DNA of 64,000 nt from Clostridia bacterium. GTDB lineage: Bacteria > Pseudomonadota > Gammaproteobacteria > Burkholderiales > SG8-39. The translations under genes were made by a program, and so were the position numbers. Shown here piece after piece: positions 46,305 through 54,557 of the stretch; positions within the stretch are counted from its first letter, which is position 1; every line of letters begins with the position of its first letter. The stretch is taken from contig JBLNDP010000059.1 in assembly GCA_050261755.1 (NCBI GenBank), positions 2,802 to 66,801 on the forward strand, read 5' to 3'. The notes beneath the pieces were generated by a model that was not told where the DNA came from, did not search any database, and saw nothing but the letters and a program-made list of their open reading frames with translations.

Positions 46305-47588
46305 ATGCGCGCCGTGCAAGCAGACGAAGCCGAGCGGGAAAGAAGCCACGTACCGCTGCTGAAGAAGCTCGGCCCCGGGCTGGTCACCGGCGCGGCGGAC
46401 GACGATCCGAGCGGCATCGCGACGTACTCGCAGGCGGGCGCCCAGTACGGCTACGGGCTGCTGTGGTCGGTGTTCTTCACCACGCCGCTCATGATCGCGA
46501 TCCAGATCGTCAGCGCGCGCATCGGCCGCGTCACCGGGCACGGCCTTGCGGCGAACATCCGCGACCGCTTCCCCCGCGGAGTGCTGTACTTCATCGTGTC
46601 GATCCTGTTGCTCGCCAATACGATCAACATTGCGGCCGACCTCGGCGCGATGGGCGACGCCCTGGTGCTGGTGCTGGGCGGAAACAGCAGCGTCTACATC
46701 GTTCTTTTCGCGCTCGTCTCGCTGACGCTGCAGATCTTCATCCCCTTTCCCCGCTACTCGCCTATCCTGAAGCTCCTAACGCTGGCGCTGTTCGCGTATG
46801 TGGGAACGGTGCTCGTGGTGCACACGCCGCTGGAGGCGCTCGCCCGGACGCTCATACCGTCCGTGGCCGCCGACAAGGAATACGTCTCGATGCTCGTCGC
46901 CGTGCTCGGGACGACGATCAGCCCTTACCTCTTCTTCTGGCAGGCGTCGCAGGAAGTGGAGGAGCAGCGCGCGACACCAGGGCACGAGCCCCTCAAGGAG
47001 GCGCCCGGGCAGGCAAGCGAGCATTTCAGGAGGATCAAGCTGGATACGTACGTCGGGATGACGTTCTCCAACGTCATCGCGTTCTGCATCATGCTCACCA
47101 CGGCGGCGACGCTGCACGCCGCCGGCGCGACGCAGATCCAGAGCGCCGCGCAGGCCGCGGAAGTGCTCCGTCCGCTCGCCGGCCATTTCGCCTTCCTCCT
47201 CTTCGCCTGCGGCATCGTGGGCACCGGCTTGCTGGCCGTGCCGGTGCTGGCCGGGTCGGCGGCGTATGCCGTGGCGGAAACTTTTCGCTGGCCGATCGGC
47301 CTGGGCCTTCCCCTCGCCGAGGCGCGCGGCTTCTACGCGATCCTCTCGATCGCCACCGTGCTGGGAGTGGCGATCGACCTGACCGGGGTGGACTCGATCC
47401 GCGTGCTGCTCTGGGCGGCGATCCTGAACGGCATCGTCTCGGTACCGATCATGGTGGTGCTCATGATCATGGTCAGCGACGCGCGCATCATGGGCCCCTT
47501 CGCGGCCCGGCGCAGGCTGAAGCGGTGGGGGTGGCTCGCGACCGGCGTCATGGGGGTCGCGGTGGCGGCCATGTTCCTCCTGATGTAA
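46305..47588 (+). CDS. NRAMP-family metal ion transporter with non-canonical metal-site residues
   Basis: Motif LGPGLVTGAADDDPSGIATYSQAGAQYGYGLLW aligns by eye with MntH TM1 (DPGN), and GTTISPY aligns with GATIMPH. 10-11 transmembrane helices. Confidence 0.85.
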   Translation: MRAVQADEAERERSHVPLLKKLGPGLVTGAADDDPSGIATYSQAGAQYGYGLLWSVFFTTPLMIAIQIVSARIGRVTGHGLAANIRDRFPRGVLYFIVSILLLANTINIAADLGAMGDALVLVLGGNSSVYIVLFALVSLTLQIFIPFPRYSPILKLLTLALFAYVGTVLVVHTPLEALARTLIPSVAADKEYVSMLVAVLGTTISPYLFFWQASQEVEEQRATPGHEPLKEAPGQASEHFRRIKLDTYVGMTFSNVIAFCIMLTTAATLHAAGATQIQSAAQAAEVLRPLAGHFAFLLFACGIVGTGLLAVPVLAGSAAYAVAETFRWPIGLGLPLAEARGFYAILSIATVLGVAIDLTGVDSIRVLLWAAILNGIVSVPIMVVLMIMVSDARIMGPFAARRRLKRWGWLATGVMGVAVAAMFLLM

Positions 47589-47638
47589 CCGGTAAAACGC
47601 CACAGACGCGCCCGCGGGCGGGGCGTAACGTGGCCGGC

Positions 47639-47851
47639 ATGAACTCCACCATCCCGCTTCCCGAGCCGGAAATGCCCCGGACGTTCTCGCGCGTCGCCGA
47701 GATCTACTTCCCGCCCGCGCCGCGCAGCCGCGACCTGCCGCTCGCGCTGCAGCTCGAGAACGGCAGTGTCGTGTGCGTGAAGCTGCCGATCGCGCAGATA
47801 GCGAACCTGCTCGGCCAGCTCGCGCGCATGGGCATCCGCGCGCCCGAGTAG
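47639..47851 (+). CDS. hypothetical protein (70 aa)
   Basis: Internal Met of ORF 46463..47851. G/C-ending codons. Sequence MNSTIPLPEPEMPRTFSRVAEIYFPP...; no motif recognised. Confidence 0.45.
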   Translation: MNSTIPLPEPEMPRTFSRVAEIYFPPAPRSRDLPLALQLENGSVVCVKLPIAQIANLLGQLARMGIRAPE

Positions 47852-47871
47852 CGCCCGATAATGGCGGCCGC

Positions 47872-49083
47872 ATGGCCGCCGAGCTCGCCTTTCCCGCGCT
47901 GCGCCACCGGAAGTTCCGCGCCTACTTCCTGCTCTCGGCGCTCGCCATGATGGCGGACAGCGTCGAGCACGTCATCAGCTACTGGGTGATGTTCCAGAAG
48001 TTCCATTCGCCGGCGCTGGGCGGCTTCGCGATGCTGTCGCACTGGCTGCCCTTCCTCTTCTTCTCGGTGTGGTCCGGCGCACTCGCCGACCGGTTCGACC
48101 CGCGCAAGATGATCATGATCGGCATGGCGCTCTTCATGGCCGCGTCGCTCGCCTGGGGCTACTTCTTCGTCTTCGGCGGCATCGAGATCTGGCACGCGGC
48201 GGCGATCCTCGTCGTGCACGGGTTCGCCGGCGTGTTCTGGTCGCCTGCCGCGCAGCTCCTCATCCACGACATCGTCGGCGACAAGGACCTGGCGAGCGCG
48301 GTGCGACTGAACGCGACGGGAAGGTGGCTCGGCCTCGTGGCGGGGCCCGCGGCGGGCGCCGGCATCATGGTCGTCTTCGGCCCGGCATGGGGCATCCTGC
48401 TCAACGTCTTCTTCTACGTGCCCCTCGTCCTTTGGTGCTGGCGCACGGAGGTCCATCGCGAGAAGCACGGCGCCCGGGCGCTGGGCGGGCTGGCCGACAT
48501 CGTGCAGACGCTGCGCGATGCCGCGGGGAATCGCATCGTCGGCGCGATGTGCCTGCTCTCCGCCGGCGCGGCGGCCTTCGTCGGCACGGGTTACCAGGCG
48601 CAGATGCCGGAGTACGCCCACGACCTCGGCCATGGCGACCCGGGCGCCGCCTACAGCGCGCTCCTCAGCGCCGATGCGGCAGGCGCGCTCATCGGCGGGC
48701 TATTCCTGGAAGCCCGCGGGCTTCTCAAGCCGGATCCGCGCACCGCCTTCGTCCTCGCCATGCTGTGGGCCTGCGCGCTGATGGGCTTCGCGGCGTCGAC
48801 GAGCTATGCGCTCGCGCTCATCCTGCTCTTCGTCGCCGGCTTCCTCGAGCTCTCGTCGAACGCGATGATGCAGACCATCGTCCAGCTCAACGCGCCCGCC
48901 GCCATCCGCGGCCGCGTCATCGGCCTGTATGCCATGTCGTCGCTCGGCATGCGGGCCTTGAGCGGCCTCACCATCGGCTTCGCCGGCAGCGCCGTCGGAA
49001 TCCACTGGTCGCTGGGCTTGAGCGCCGCCGCGCTTTTCATCCTCTCATCGGGCCTCTTCGCGTCATTGGCGAAGCGGCGCTAG
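47872..49083 (+). CDS. MFS transporter (MFS_3/EntS-like)
   Basis: Internal Met of ORF 47773..49083. Motifs FRAYFLLSALAMMADSVEHV and GALADRFDPRKM. 12 hydrophobic helices. Confidence 0.85.
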   Translation: MAAELAFPALRHRKFRAYFLLSALAMMADSVEHVISYWVMFQKFHSPALGGFAMLSHWLPFLFFSVWSGALADRFDPRKMIMIGMALFMAASLAWGYFFVFGGIEIWHAAAILVVHGFAGVFWSPAAQLLIHDIVGDKDLASAVRLNATGRWLGLVAGPAAGAGIMVVFGPAWGILLNVFFYVPLVLWCWRTEVHREKHGARALGGLADIVQTLRDAAGNRIVGAMCLLSAGAAAFVGTGYQAQMPEYAHDLGHGDPGAAYSALLSADAAGALIGGLFLEARGLLKPDPRTAFVLAMLWACALMGFAASTSYALALILLFVAGFLELSSNAMMQTIVQLNAPAAIRGRVIGLYAMSSLGMRALSGLTIGFAGSAVGIHWSLGLSAAALFILSSGLFASLAKRR

Positions 49084-49089
49084 CGCAGC

Positions 49090-49764
49090 CTAAGGATGCC
49101 GCGTGGCCTGCGCGGCGAGCACCTGGGCGGTGACTTCCCAATTTACGACGAGGACCGAGTCGACCCCGCTGCCGTTGCTTGCCACGGGGATGCACTCGCC
49201 GTCCCACCACGTAGGGCCCTTGCGCCCGGGGATGGCCGTTTTGAAGCCGGTGATCTTCCACGGCTGCCGCGTCTCGATGACCTCGCGCAGCTTTGCCTCG
49301 GCCCCCGCATCGGCTGCCTCGGGAAATACATCGCGGTAGGTGCGCCCCATGTATTGAACGCCGCCTTCGCGTATTGCGGCGTACGAGACGTTCACCGTCC
49401 GGTATTCCAGGCGATCGCCCTTCATCAGGGCAATCGCGATGCGGGAGTCGCTGGTGGAGCGGGCGATGTATTCCTCGAGCCGGCTCCGCACCGAGTCGTC
49501 CACCTGGGCGTCGCGCACTGCCCTTCGAATGCTGTGCGCCTCCGCGAGCAGCGCTTTCGCCTGCTCGATGACTGCGGAAGAGAGACGCCCGAGCAACACC
49601 GTATACGGAGTGACCGTGCCGCAAGCGATGCAGGCGAGGGCGATCGGCTTCCCGGCCGTTTCACCTTGCGCCCGCACGAATAGCAGCGCCCGGCACGCGG
49701 GGCAACTGGCTTTATGGCTGCCGATGGCGAGGTGCTGCGGCTTGGAAAATTCGCTATCCGACAC
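49090..49764 (-). CDS. zinc-ribbon + PAS-like domain protein (stand-alone sensor, hypothetical)
   Basis: ORF 49090..49794. Start set at the GTG at 49764 (GAGGAG upstream). CPAC...CIAC ribbon, a helical linker, then a PAS-like segment (YRTVNVSYAAIREGG...GRTYRDVFPE...LREVIETRQPW...WWDGECIPV). Confidence 0.6.
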   Translation of the reverse strand: MSDSEFSKPQHLAIGSHKASCPACRALLFVRAQGETAGKPIALACIACGTVTPYTVLLGRLSSAVIEQAKALLAEAHSIRRAVRDAQVDDSVRSRLEEYIARSTSDSRIAIALMKGDRLEYRTVNVSYAAIREGGVQYMGRTYRDVFPEAADAGAEAKLREVIETRQPWKITGFKTAIPGRKGPTWWDGECIPVASNGSGVDSVLVVNWEVTAQVLAAQATRHP

Positions 49765-49823
49765 GGCTCTCGCTCCTCTGCAACGTCGGCGCACGGCCCG
49801 AACATTGCTCGTTGTTGCTCGGC

Positions 49824-50249
49824 ATGGAGCCAGGACGCGGCGCCACTATCCTGATCGTTTCACTTCCGGGGAACCTCGACCTCGTGGCGCCCCTGTTCAG
49901 GGGGCATGCCAACGTCCAGTGCGCCGCCGACCACGACACGGCGGTCCGGCTCTGCGCCGAATGCCACCCCGATGTCGTGCTTGTAGGGTACCACTTCGAC
50001 CACATGCGCCCCTATCGCGTGATTCACGCTCTTCGCGATGACGGGTGCCTGCGCGGCGGCGTCTTCATCCTGTTCTGCATGTTGCCGACCGAAGGCATTG
50101 ATCTCGATGGGGCGAAGATACGCGAGGCCTACCGGGGGATCGGCTGCGAGGAATTCATCGATCTGCGACAGGAAGCCAGCGAAAACGGCGCCGGTGCAGC
50201 ACTTGCCACCCTACGGCAGCGGGTACTGCCTTATTTATGTGCGAACTAG
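49824..50249 (+). CDS. receiver-like (pseudo-receiver) domain protein, hypothetical
   Basis: ORF 49812..50249, ATG at 49824. Alternating beta/alpha pattern ILIVSLPG / HPDVVLVGYHFDHMRPY / VFILFCML / GCEEFIDL resembles CheY-like REC, but Asp is missing at the acidic-pocket and acceptor positions. Confidence 0.45.
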   Translation: MEPGRGATILIVSLPGNLDLVAPLFRGHANVQCAADHDTAVRLCAECHPDVVLVGYHFDHMRPYRVIHALRDDGCLRGGVFILFCMLPTEGIDLDGAKIREAYRGIGCEEFIDLRQEASENGAGAALATLRQRVLPYLCAN

Positions 50250-51230
50250 TCGTATCAGCGTCAGCTCCGGCTCGGAGCCGAAGCGCACGGGCGGGCCCCA
50301 GGAGCCCGTGCCGGCGCTGACGTAGACCCACATGCGTCCTTCGCGCGAGAGACCCCACGCATGGGGCGCGTGGATGAGCTTCACGGCGAAGGTCCAGGGA
50401 AAGAACTGGCCGGCGTGCGTATGACCCGAGAGCTGGAGGTCGAAACCGGCTTGCGCGCCGAGCGGCGCGAGCTTCGGGTTGTGGGCGAGGAGGAGGCGGA
50501 AGGAGGCATTCTCGCCGCCGGCCGCGGCGAGATCAGGGCGCGGCGGCTGCGCGGCGCCTCCGGCGGGATCCAGGACCCCGCCCACGAGAAGTTTGGCGTC
50601 TCTGATTGAAAGCGAAACGGATTCGTTGAGCAGGGGACGGATGCCGATCGCGCGGAAATGATCGATCCACTGCTGCGCGCCGGCGTAGTACTCGTGGTTG
50701 CCGAGGATGAAGAAGCGGCGCTCGCCACCCTTGAGCTGCGCCAGCGGCGCCACGTCGGCGGAGAGCCGGGCCACCGGGCCGTCGACCATGTCGCCCGTAA
50801 GCGCGACGAGGTCGGGCTCGAGCTCGTTCGCCAGCCTCACCACGCCGCGCACGTAGCGCTCGCCGATCGTCGGGCCGACGTGCAGGTCGCTGATCTGCAC
50901 GATGCGGAAGCCGTCGAGCGCGGGATGCAGGCCCTCGATCGGCACCTCGACCTTGCGCACGCGCGGGCCGCGCAATGCGGCCGCCGCGCCCGCGCCCAGC
51001 GCGATGAACGAAGCCGCCGCGACCAGCATCGCACCCGAGTCGGCGGCGAGGAAATCGTAGACGCGGTCCATCTTCGGCGACGAGATGGCGATCATCGCGG
51101 CGATGTCGCGCGCCACCGATATGAAGAAGGCGAAGTTGAGCCAGCCCATGGCGAGGTAGCTCGCGAAGTGCAGCGCCTCGTCGAGGAAGGTGTTCTTCTT
51201 GCGCTCCCCGACCCAGTAGACCGCCGGCAC
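50235..51230 (-). CDS. membrane-anchored metallophosphoesterase (YkuE/YaeI-like); the N-terminus probably extends to 51353
   Basis: Motifs ISDLHVG, LTGDMVDG, ILGNHEY, SGHTHAGQ. The canonical GTG at 51230 lies inside a run of transmembrane-helix-encoding codons; see finding. Confidence 0.85.
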   Translation of the reverse strand: MPAVYWVGERKKNTFLDEALHFASYLAMGWLNFAFFISVARDIAAMIAISSPKMDRVYDFLAADSGAMLVAAASFIALGAGAAAALRGPRVRKVEVPIEGLHPALDGFRIVQISDLHVGPTIGERYVRGVVRLANELEPDLVALTGDMVDGPVARLSADVAPLAQLKGGERRFFILGNHEYYAGAQQWIDHFRAIGIRPLLNESVSLSIRDAKLLVGGVLDPAGGAAQPPRPDLAAAGGENASFRLLLAHNPKLAPLGAQAGFDLQLSGHTHAGQFFPWTFAVKLIHAPHAWGLSREGRMWVYVSAGTGSWGPPVRFGSEPELTLIRLVRT

Positions 51231-51366
51231 GAGCCAGATGAGGACGAAGGGCAGGGCGAGGGCGAGCCGCGACCACAGGCCGACGCCCAGGCGCGAGGAG
51301 AGATAGAAGTAGATGACGCCGAGGAGCGCCGTGAGGACGGCGAGGAAGCGCAGGCTGCTGCCCTCG

Positions 51367-51837
51367 CTACTTCTTCGGCGCCGGGTGGATGTTGTCCACC
51401 CAGTGCACTTCCTCCGGCTTCTCGACCACGGGAATGTCGAGGTTCACCACGACCGGCTCCTGCCCCGAGCGGCACAGCACGCACGAGAGCGGCTCGTCGT
51501 CGCTCGCGTTGATCTCCTGGTGCGGAACGTAGGGCGGCACGTAGATGAAGTCGCCGGGGCCGGCCTCCGCCACGTACTGGAGCTGGTCGCCCCAGCGCAT
51601 GCGCGCCTTGCCGCTCACGACGTAGATCACGCTTTCCACCGGCCCGTGGTGATGGGCGCCGGTCTTGGCCTTCGGGTGGATGACCACGGTGCCGGCCCAC
51701 AGCTTCTCGGCGCCGGTGCGGGCGTGGGTGATGGCCGCGGCGCGATTCATGCCGGGCGTCTGGGCGGTGTTGATGTCGAGCTCGCTGCCGTGCACCACGC
51801 GCACGCCATCGAACTTCCACTTCGGCTGGTCGGTCAT
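51367..51837 (-). CDS. cupin domain protein
   Basis: Internal Met (MTDQPKWKFDG) of ORF 51367..52053. Cupin motif KTGAHHHGPVESVIYVVSG...GDFIYVPPYVPHQE. Confidence 0.8.
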   Translation of the reverse strand: MTDQPKWKFDGVRVVHGSELDINTAQTPGMNRAAAITHARTGAEKLWAGTVVIHPKAKTGAHHHGPVESVIYVVSGKARMRWGDQLQYVAEAGPGDFIYVPPYVPHQEINASDDEPLSCVLCRSGQEPVVVNLDIPVVEKPEEVHWVDNIHPAPKK

Positions 51838-51843
51838 TGCGTA

Positions 51844-52992
51844 ATGATAAGCAGGAAAGACGCCGGCTTCCTCCGCTTCGTCGCGCTGTACGCGGCGATC
51901 TACGGCTCGTACGGGGTCGTGTCGCCCTTCCTGCCGGCATTCCTCCAATCCCGGGGCGTCGCGCCCGCCGAGCTCGGCATCGTTGTCGGCACGGGCACCG
52001 CGCTGCGGCTGCTCGCGGCCCCAGCGGCGGGCCGCCTCGGCGACCGCGTGCACTCGATCCGCACCGTCCTTACCGCCTGCGTCGCGCTCGGCGCCGTGGC
52101 GGCGCTCGGGTACCTTCGCGCAGAAGGCCTGGTCGGCTTCTTAGCCGTGGCCGCGGCGCTGGCTTTCACGCTCGGACCGATGGCCGCGCTCGCGGACGCC
52201 CTCGCCATCGAGAATGCGCGGCCGCGCGCCGTGCAAGGGTTCGAGTACGGCCACGTGCGAGGCGCCGGCTCGGCGGCCTTCATCGCCGGGACGCTGGTCT
52301 CCGGACAGGTCGTCGCCCGGCTCGGCCTCTCGTCCATCGTGTGGATGCAGGCCGCGTTGCTCGCCTGCGCCGCTCTCATGGCGTCCAGGCTCCCGGAGCC
52401 GGGCGCGCGGAAATCGGTAGACGTCCCCGATTTCGGGTTCGGGGTGCTGCGGATTGCGGCGTTCCGGCGAGTCGTAGTCGCCGCTGCGCTCGTGCTGGGC
52501 AGCCACGCGATGCACGACGCGTTTGCCGTGATCCGCTGGCGCGACGCGGGCATCGGCGCGCCGGCGATCAGCCTCCTCTGGTCGGAAGCGGTGGCCGCGG
52601 AAGTGATCGTCTTCTTCGTCCTCGGGCCGCGGCTCGCCGCGTGGCTCTCGCCGGCGGGTGCGATCGGCCTTGCGGCCGCCGCCGGCATCGTGCGCTGGAC
52701 CGTGATGGCAAGCACCGCGGCGCCTTCGCTCATCGCGCTCGTACAGCCGTTGCACGGGCTGACGTTCGCGCTATTCCACCTGTCCGCGATGCGCCTCATC
52801 GCCCGCAGCGTCCCCGAAGGAGGCGAGGGCACGGCGCAGGCGCTCTACACGATCGGCGGCGGCGCCGCGAGCGCGCTGCTCGCTTTCGCCTCGGGCGGGC
52901 TTTACGCCCGCTTCGGCGCCGGCGCCTTCTGGGCGATGGCCGCGCTTTGCCTGCTCGCGCTTCCGGTCGCCGCGGCGTTGCGAAAGGACTAG
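51844..52992 (+). CDS. MFS transporter (HcaT/MFS_1-like)
   Basis: Internal Met (MISRKDAGFLRFVALY) of ORF 51313..52992. 12 hydrophobic helices. The central loop carries the 23-nt repeat. Confidence 0.8.
   Translation: MISRKDAGFLRFVALYAAIYGSYGVVSPFLPAFLQSRGVAPAELGIVVGTGTALRLLAAPAAGRLGDRVHSIRTVLTACVALGAVAALGYLRAEGLVGFLAVAAALAFTLGPMAALADALAIENARPRAVQGFEYGHVRGAGSAAFIAGTLVSGQVVARLGLSSIVWMQAALLACAALMASRLPEPGARKSVDVPDFGFGVLRIAAFRRVVVAAALVLGSHAMHDAFAVIRWRDAGIGAPAISLLWSEAVAAEVIVFFVLGPRLAAWLSPAGAIGLAAAAGIVRWTVMASTAAPSLIALVQPLHGLTFALFHLSAMRLIARSVPEGGEGTAQALYTIGGGAASALLAFASGGLYARFGAGAFWAMAALCLLALPVAAALRKD
52411..52433. repeat. 23-nt hairpin repeat, copy 2 (inside the MFS coding sequence)
   Basis: AAATCGGTAGACGTCCCCGATTT is identical to 20821..20843. 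It encodes KSVDVPDF in the central cytoplasmic loop of the MFS protein. Confidence 0.8.
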
Positions 52993-54041
52993 AGGCCTCG
53001 GCGCGGCGCGGTGCGCAGGAGCTCGGCGATCCGGTCCTTGTACCACTTGGCAGACGCGGTGGTTCCGTGGCCGGCCGTGTTCTCGCTTCCCGGGATCAGG
53101 TAGTAGCTCGCGTTCTTCACGCGCTTGAGCTCGCGCTCCATGACGCCGTTCTCGGGCGGGTTGCGCTCGTCGTCCGCAGAGTTGATGGCCAGCACCTGCG
53201 CCTCGATCTTCTCGAGGTTGGGCGCCGGGTTGTAGTCGCCGGAAGACGCCCACTGGTACAGGACGTCGTTGGCATCCGCACGGAACGGCGCCGCCAGCCT
53301 GCCATCCAGCAGCTTGTCCGCTTTCTCGCGCGTCGGCGCCTGGCGGTAGTACGCCTGGCTGCCGCCGTTGGTGGCGATGCCGAAGAACACCGAAGCGAAT
53401 TGCGCGCTGCGCGGCTGCTTCGTGTAGTTGCCGTTCATCCAGTCGGGGTCGTTGCGGATGGAGTCGATGATGAGGCGGCGGAGCATCCAGTTGCGGCTCG
53501 ACATCTCGGCCGGAAGCGAGGCCATCGGCACCGCGGCGTCCATGAAGGAGGGGTACTTCTCCGTCCAGAGCCACGTCTGCATGCCGCCCATCGAGTTGCC
53601 GGTGACGAGGCGAACGTGCTTCACGCCCAGGTGCTCGGTGAGCAGGCGGTACTGCGCGACCACCATGTCGTCGTAGTTGTAGCTCGGGAACCGGGTGCGC
53701 AGGCCGTCGGAGGGCTTGGACGACTTGCCGTGCCCGATCGAGTCCGGAAGGATGAGGTAGTACTTGGAGGCGTCGAGCGGCTGGCCCGGCCCGAAGAGCT
53801 CGCCGGCGTAGCCCGGCGTGAGCATGCTCGCCGCGGAACCCGTGGTCCCGTGCAGGACGAGCACCGGCTCGCCGGTCTTCGCGCCGACGGTGGTATAGGC
53901 GATCTTCAGCTCGGGCAGGGTCTCGCCGGTGTGAAAGCGGAAGTCGCGGGCGATCCACGACCCTTCCTGCGGCTGCGGATAGTCCGCGGCGCCGGCGACG
54001 GATGCGAGCGAAAGGGCGAGCGCAAAGGCGATTCGTCTCAT
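52989..54041 (-). CDS. secreted alpha/beta hydrolase (homoserine acetyltransferase-like fold)
   Basis: Signal peptide MRRIAFALALSLASVAGA, nucleophile elbow GNSMGG and late NTAGHGT. Confidence 0.8.
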   Translation of the reverse strand: MRRIAFALALSLASVAGAADYPQPQEGSWIARDFRFHTGETLPELKIAYTTVGAKTGEPVLVLHGTTGSAASMLTPGYAGELFGPGQPLDASKYYLILPDSIGHGKSSKPSDGLRTRFPSYNYDDMVVAQYRLLTEHLGVKHVRLVTGNSMGGMQTWLWTEKYPSFMDAAVPMASLPAEMSSRNWMLRRLIIDSIRNDPDWMNGNYTKQPRSAQFASVFFGIATNGGSQAYYRQAPTREKADKLLDGRLAAPFRADANDVLYQWASSGDYNPAPNLEKIEAQVLAINSADDERNPPENGVMERELKRVKNASYYLIPGSENTAGHGTTASAKWYKDRIAELLRTAPRRGL

Positions 54042-54129
54042 GGGTTCTCCTCCTGAGGCCGAATGATAGTTCGCCGCGCCCGTTGCGCGCGTGCTCGCCT
54101 ACCTGGAACGGCAGGCGAGCGTTGCTGCG

Positions 54130-54471
54130 TTAGCGGTCGTCGGACCGCGCGGGGATGTGGAGGTCGGGCAGGTCGTGCGCCGAGAAACCCGGCGAGGGCG
54201 CCTTGTCCTGCTGCGGCTGCGGCTTGACCGTGCCCTTCTTCGGGCGGCCGGGACGGCTGGTCACGTAGAACGTCTTGAGCGGCGGAACCACGGGCGGCTT
54301 CTCGAGGTACAGGCAATCGGCCTCGCTCGGCATGCTGGCGAGCGAGCCGATCCGCTTGCGGCCGAGGAAGATCGTGTAGCGCAGCATGTGCGCCGAATGC
54401 GGGATGGGCTGGGCGATGACGGTGTACTTGCCGAGGTTGAAGCGTTGCTGCTGGATGCTGGGGAGGCTCAC
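54130..54471 (-). CDS. hypothetical protein (113 aa)
   Basis: Strongly G/C-ending codons. Pro/Lys-rich C-terminal half. No motif recognised. Confidence 0.5.
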   Translation of the reverse strand: MSLPSIQQQRFNLGKYTVIAQPIPHSAHMLRYTIFLGRKRIGSLASMPSEADCLYLEKPPVVPPLKTFYVTSRPGRPKKGTVKPQPQQDKAPSPGFSAHDLPDLHIPARSDDR

Positions 54472-54527
54472 GCGGTTGGCTTTCCTGTGTCCTGGGGCTG
54501 GGAGGGGGGTGAAGCGGTAAACCGATG

Positions 54528-54557
54528 ATTATACACCGGTCTTGCCCCAGGAGTCAC
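54528..54557 (-). promoter_or_regulatory. candidate sigma-70 promoter for the 54471 gene
   Basis: Minus strand reads GTGACT-18 nt-TATAAT. The -10 box overlaps the glnS stop codon, about 55 nt upstream of the ATG at 54471. Confidence 0.3.

Noticed and set aside
54061-54069. Shared GAATGATAG (minus strand CTATCATTC) about 20 nt upstream of the start codons at 54041 and 58968; the second copy is at 58990..58998.
   Set aside because: A 9-mer is expected to recur by chance many times in 64 kb. It most simply reflects a TATCAT -10-like box in two promoters. There is not enough evidence for a specific regulatory motif.
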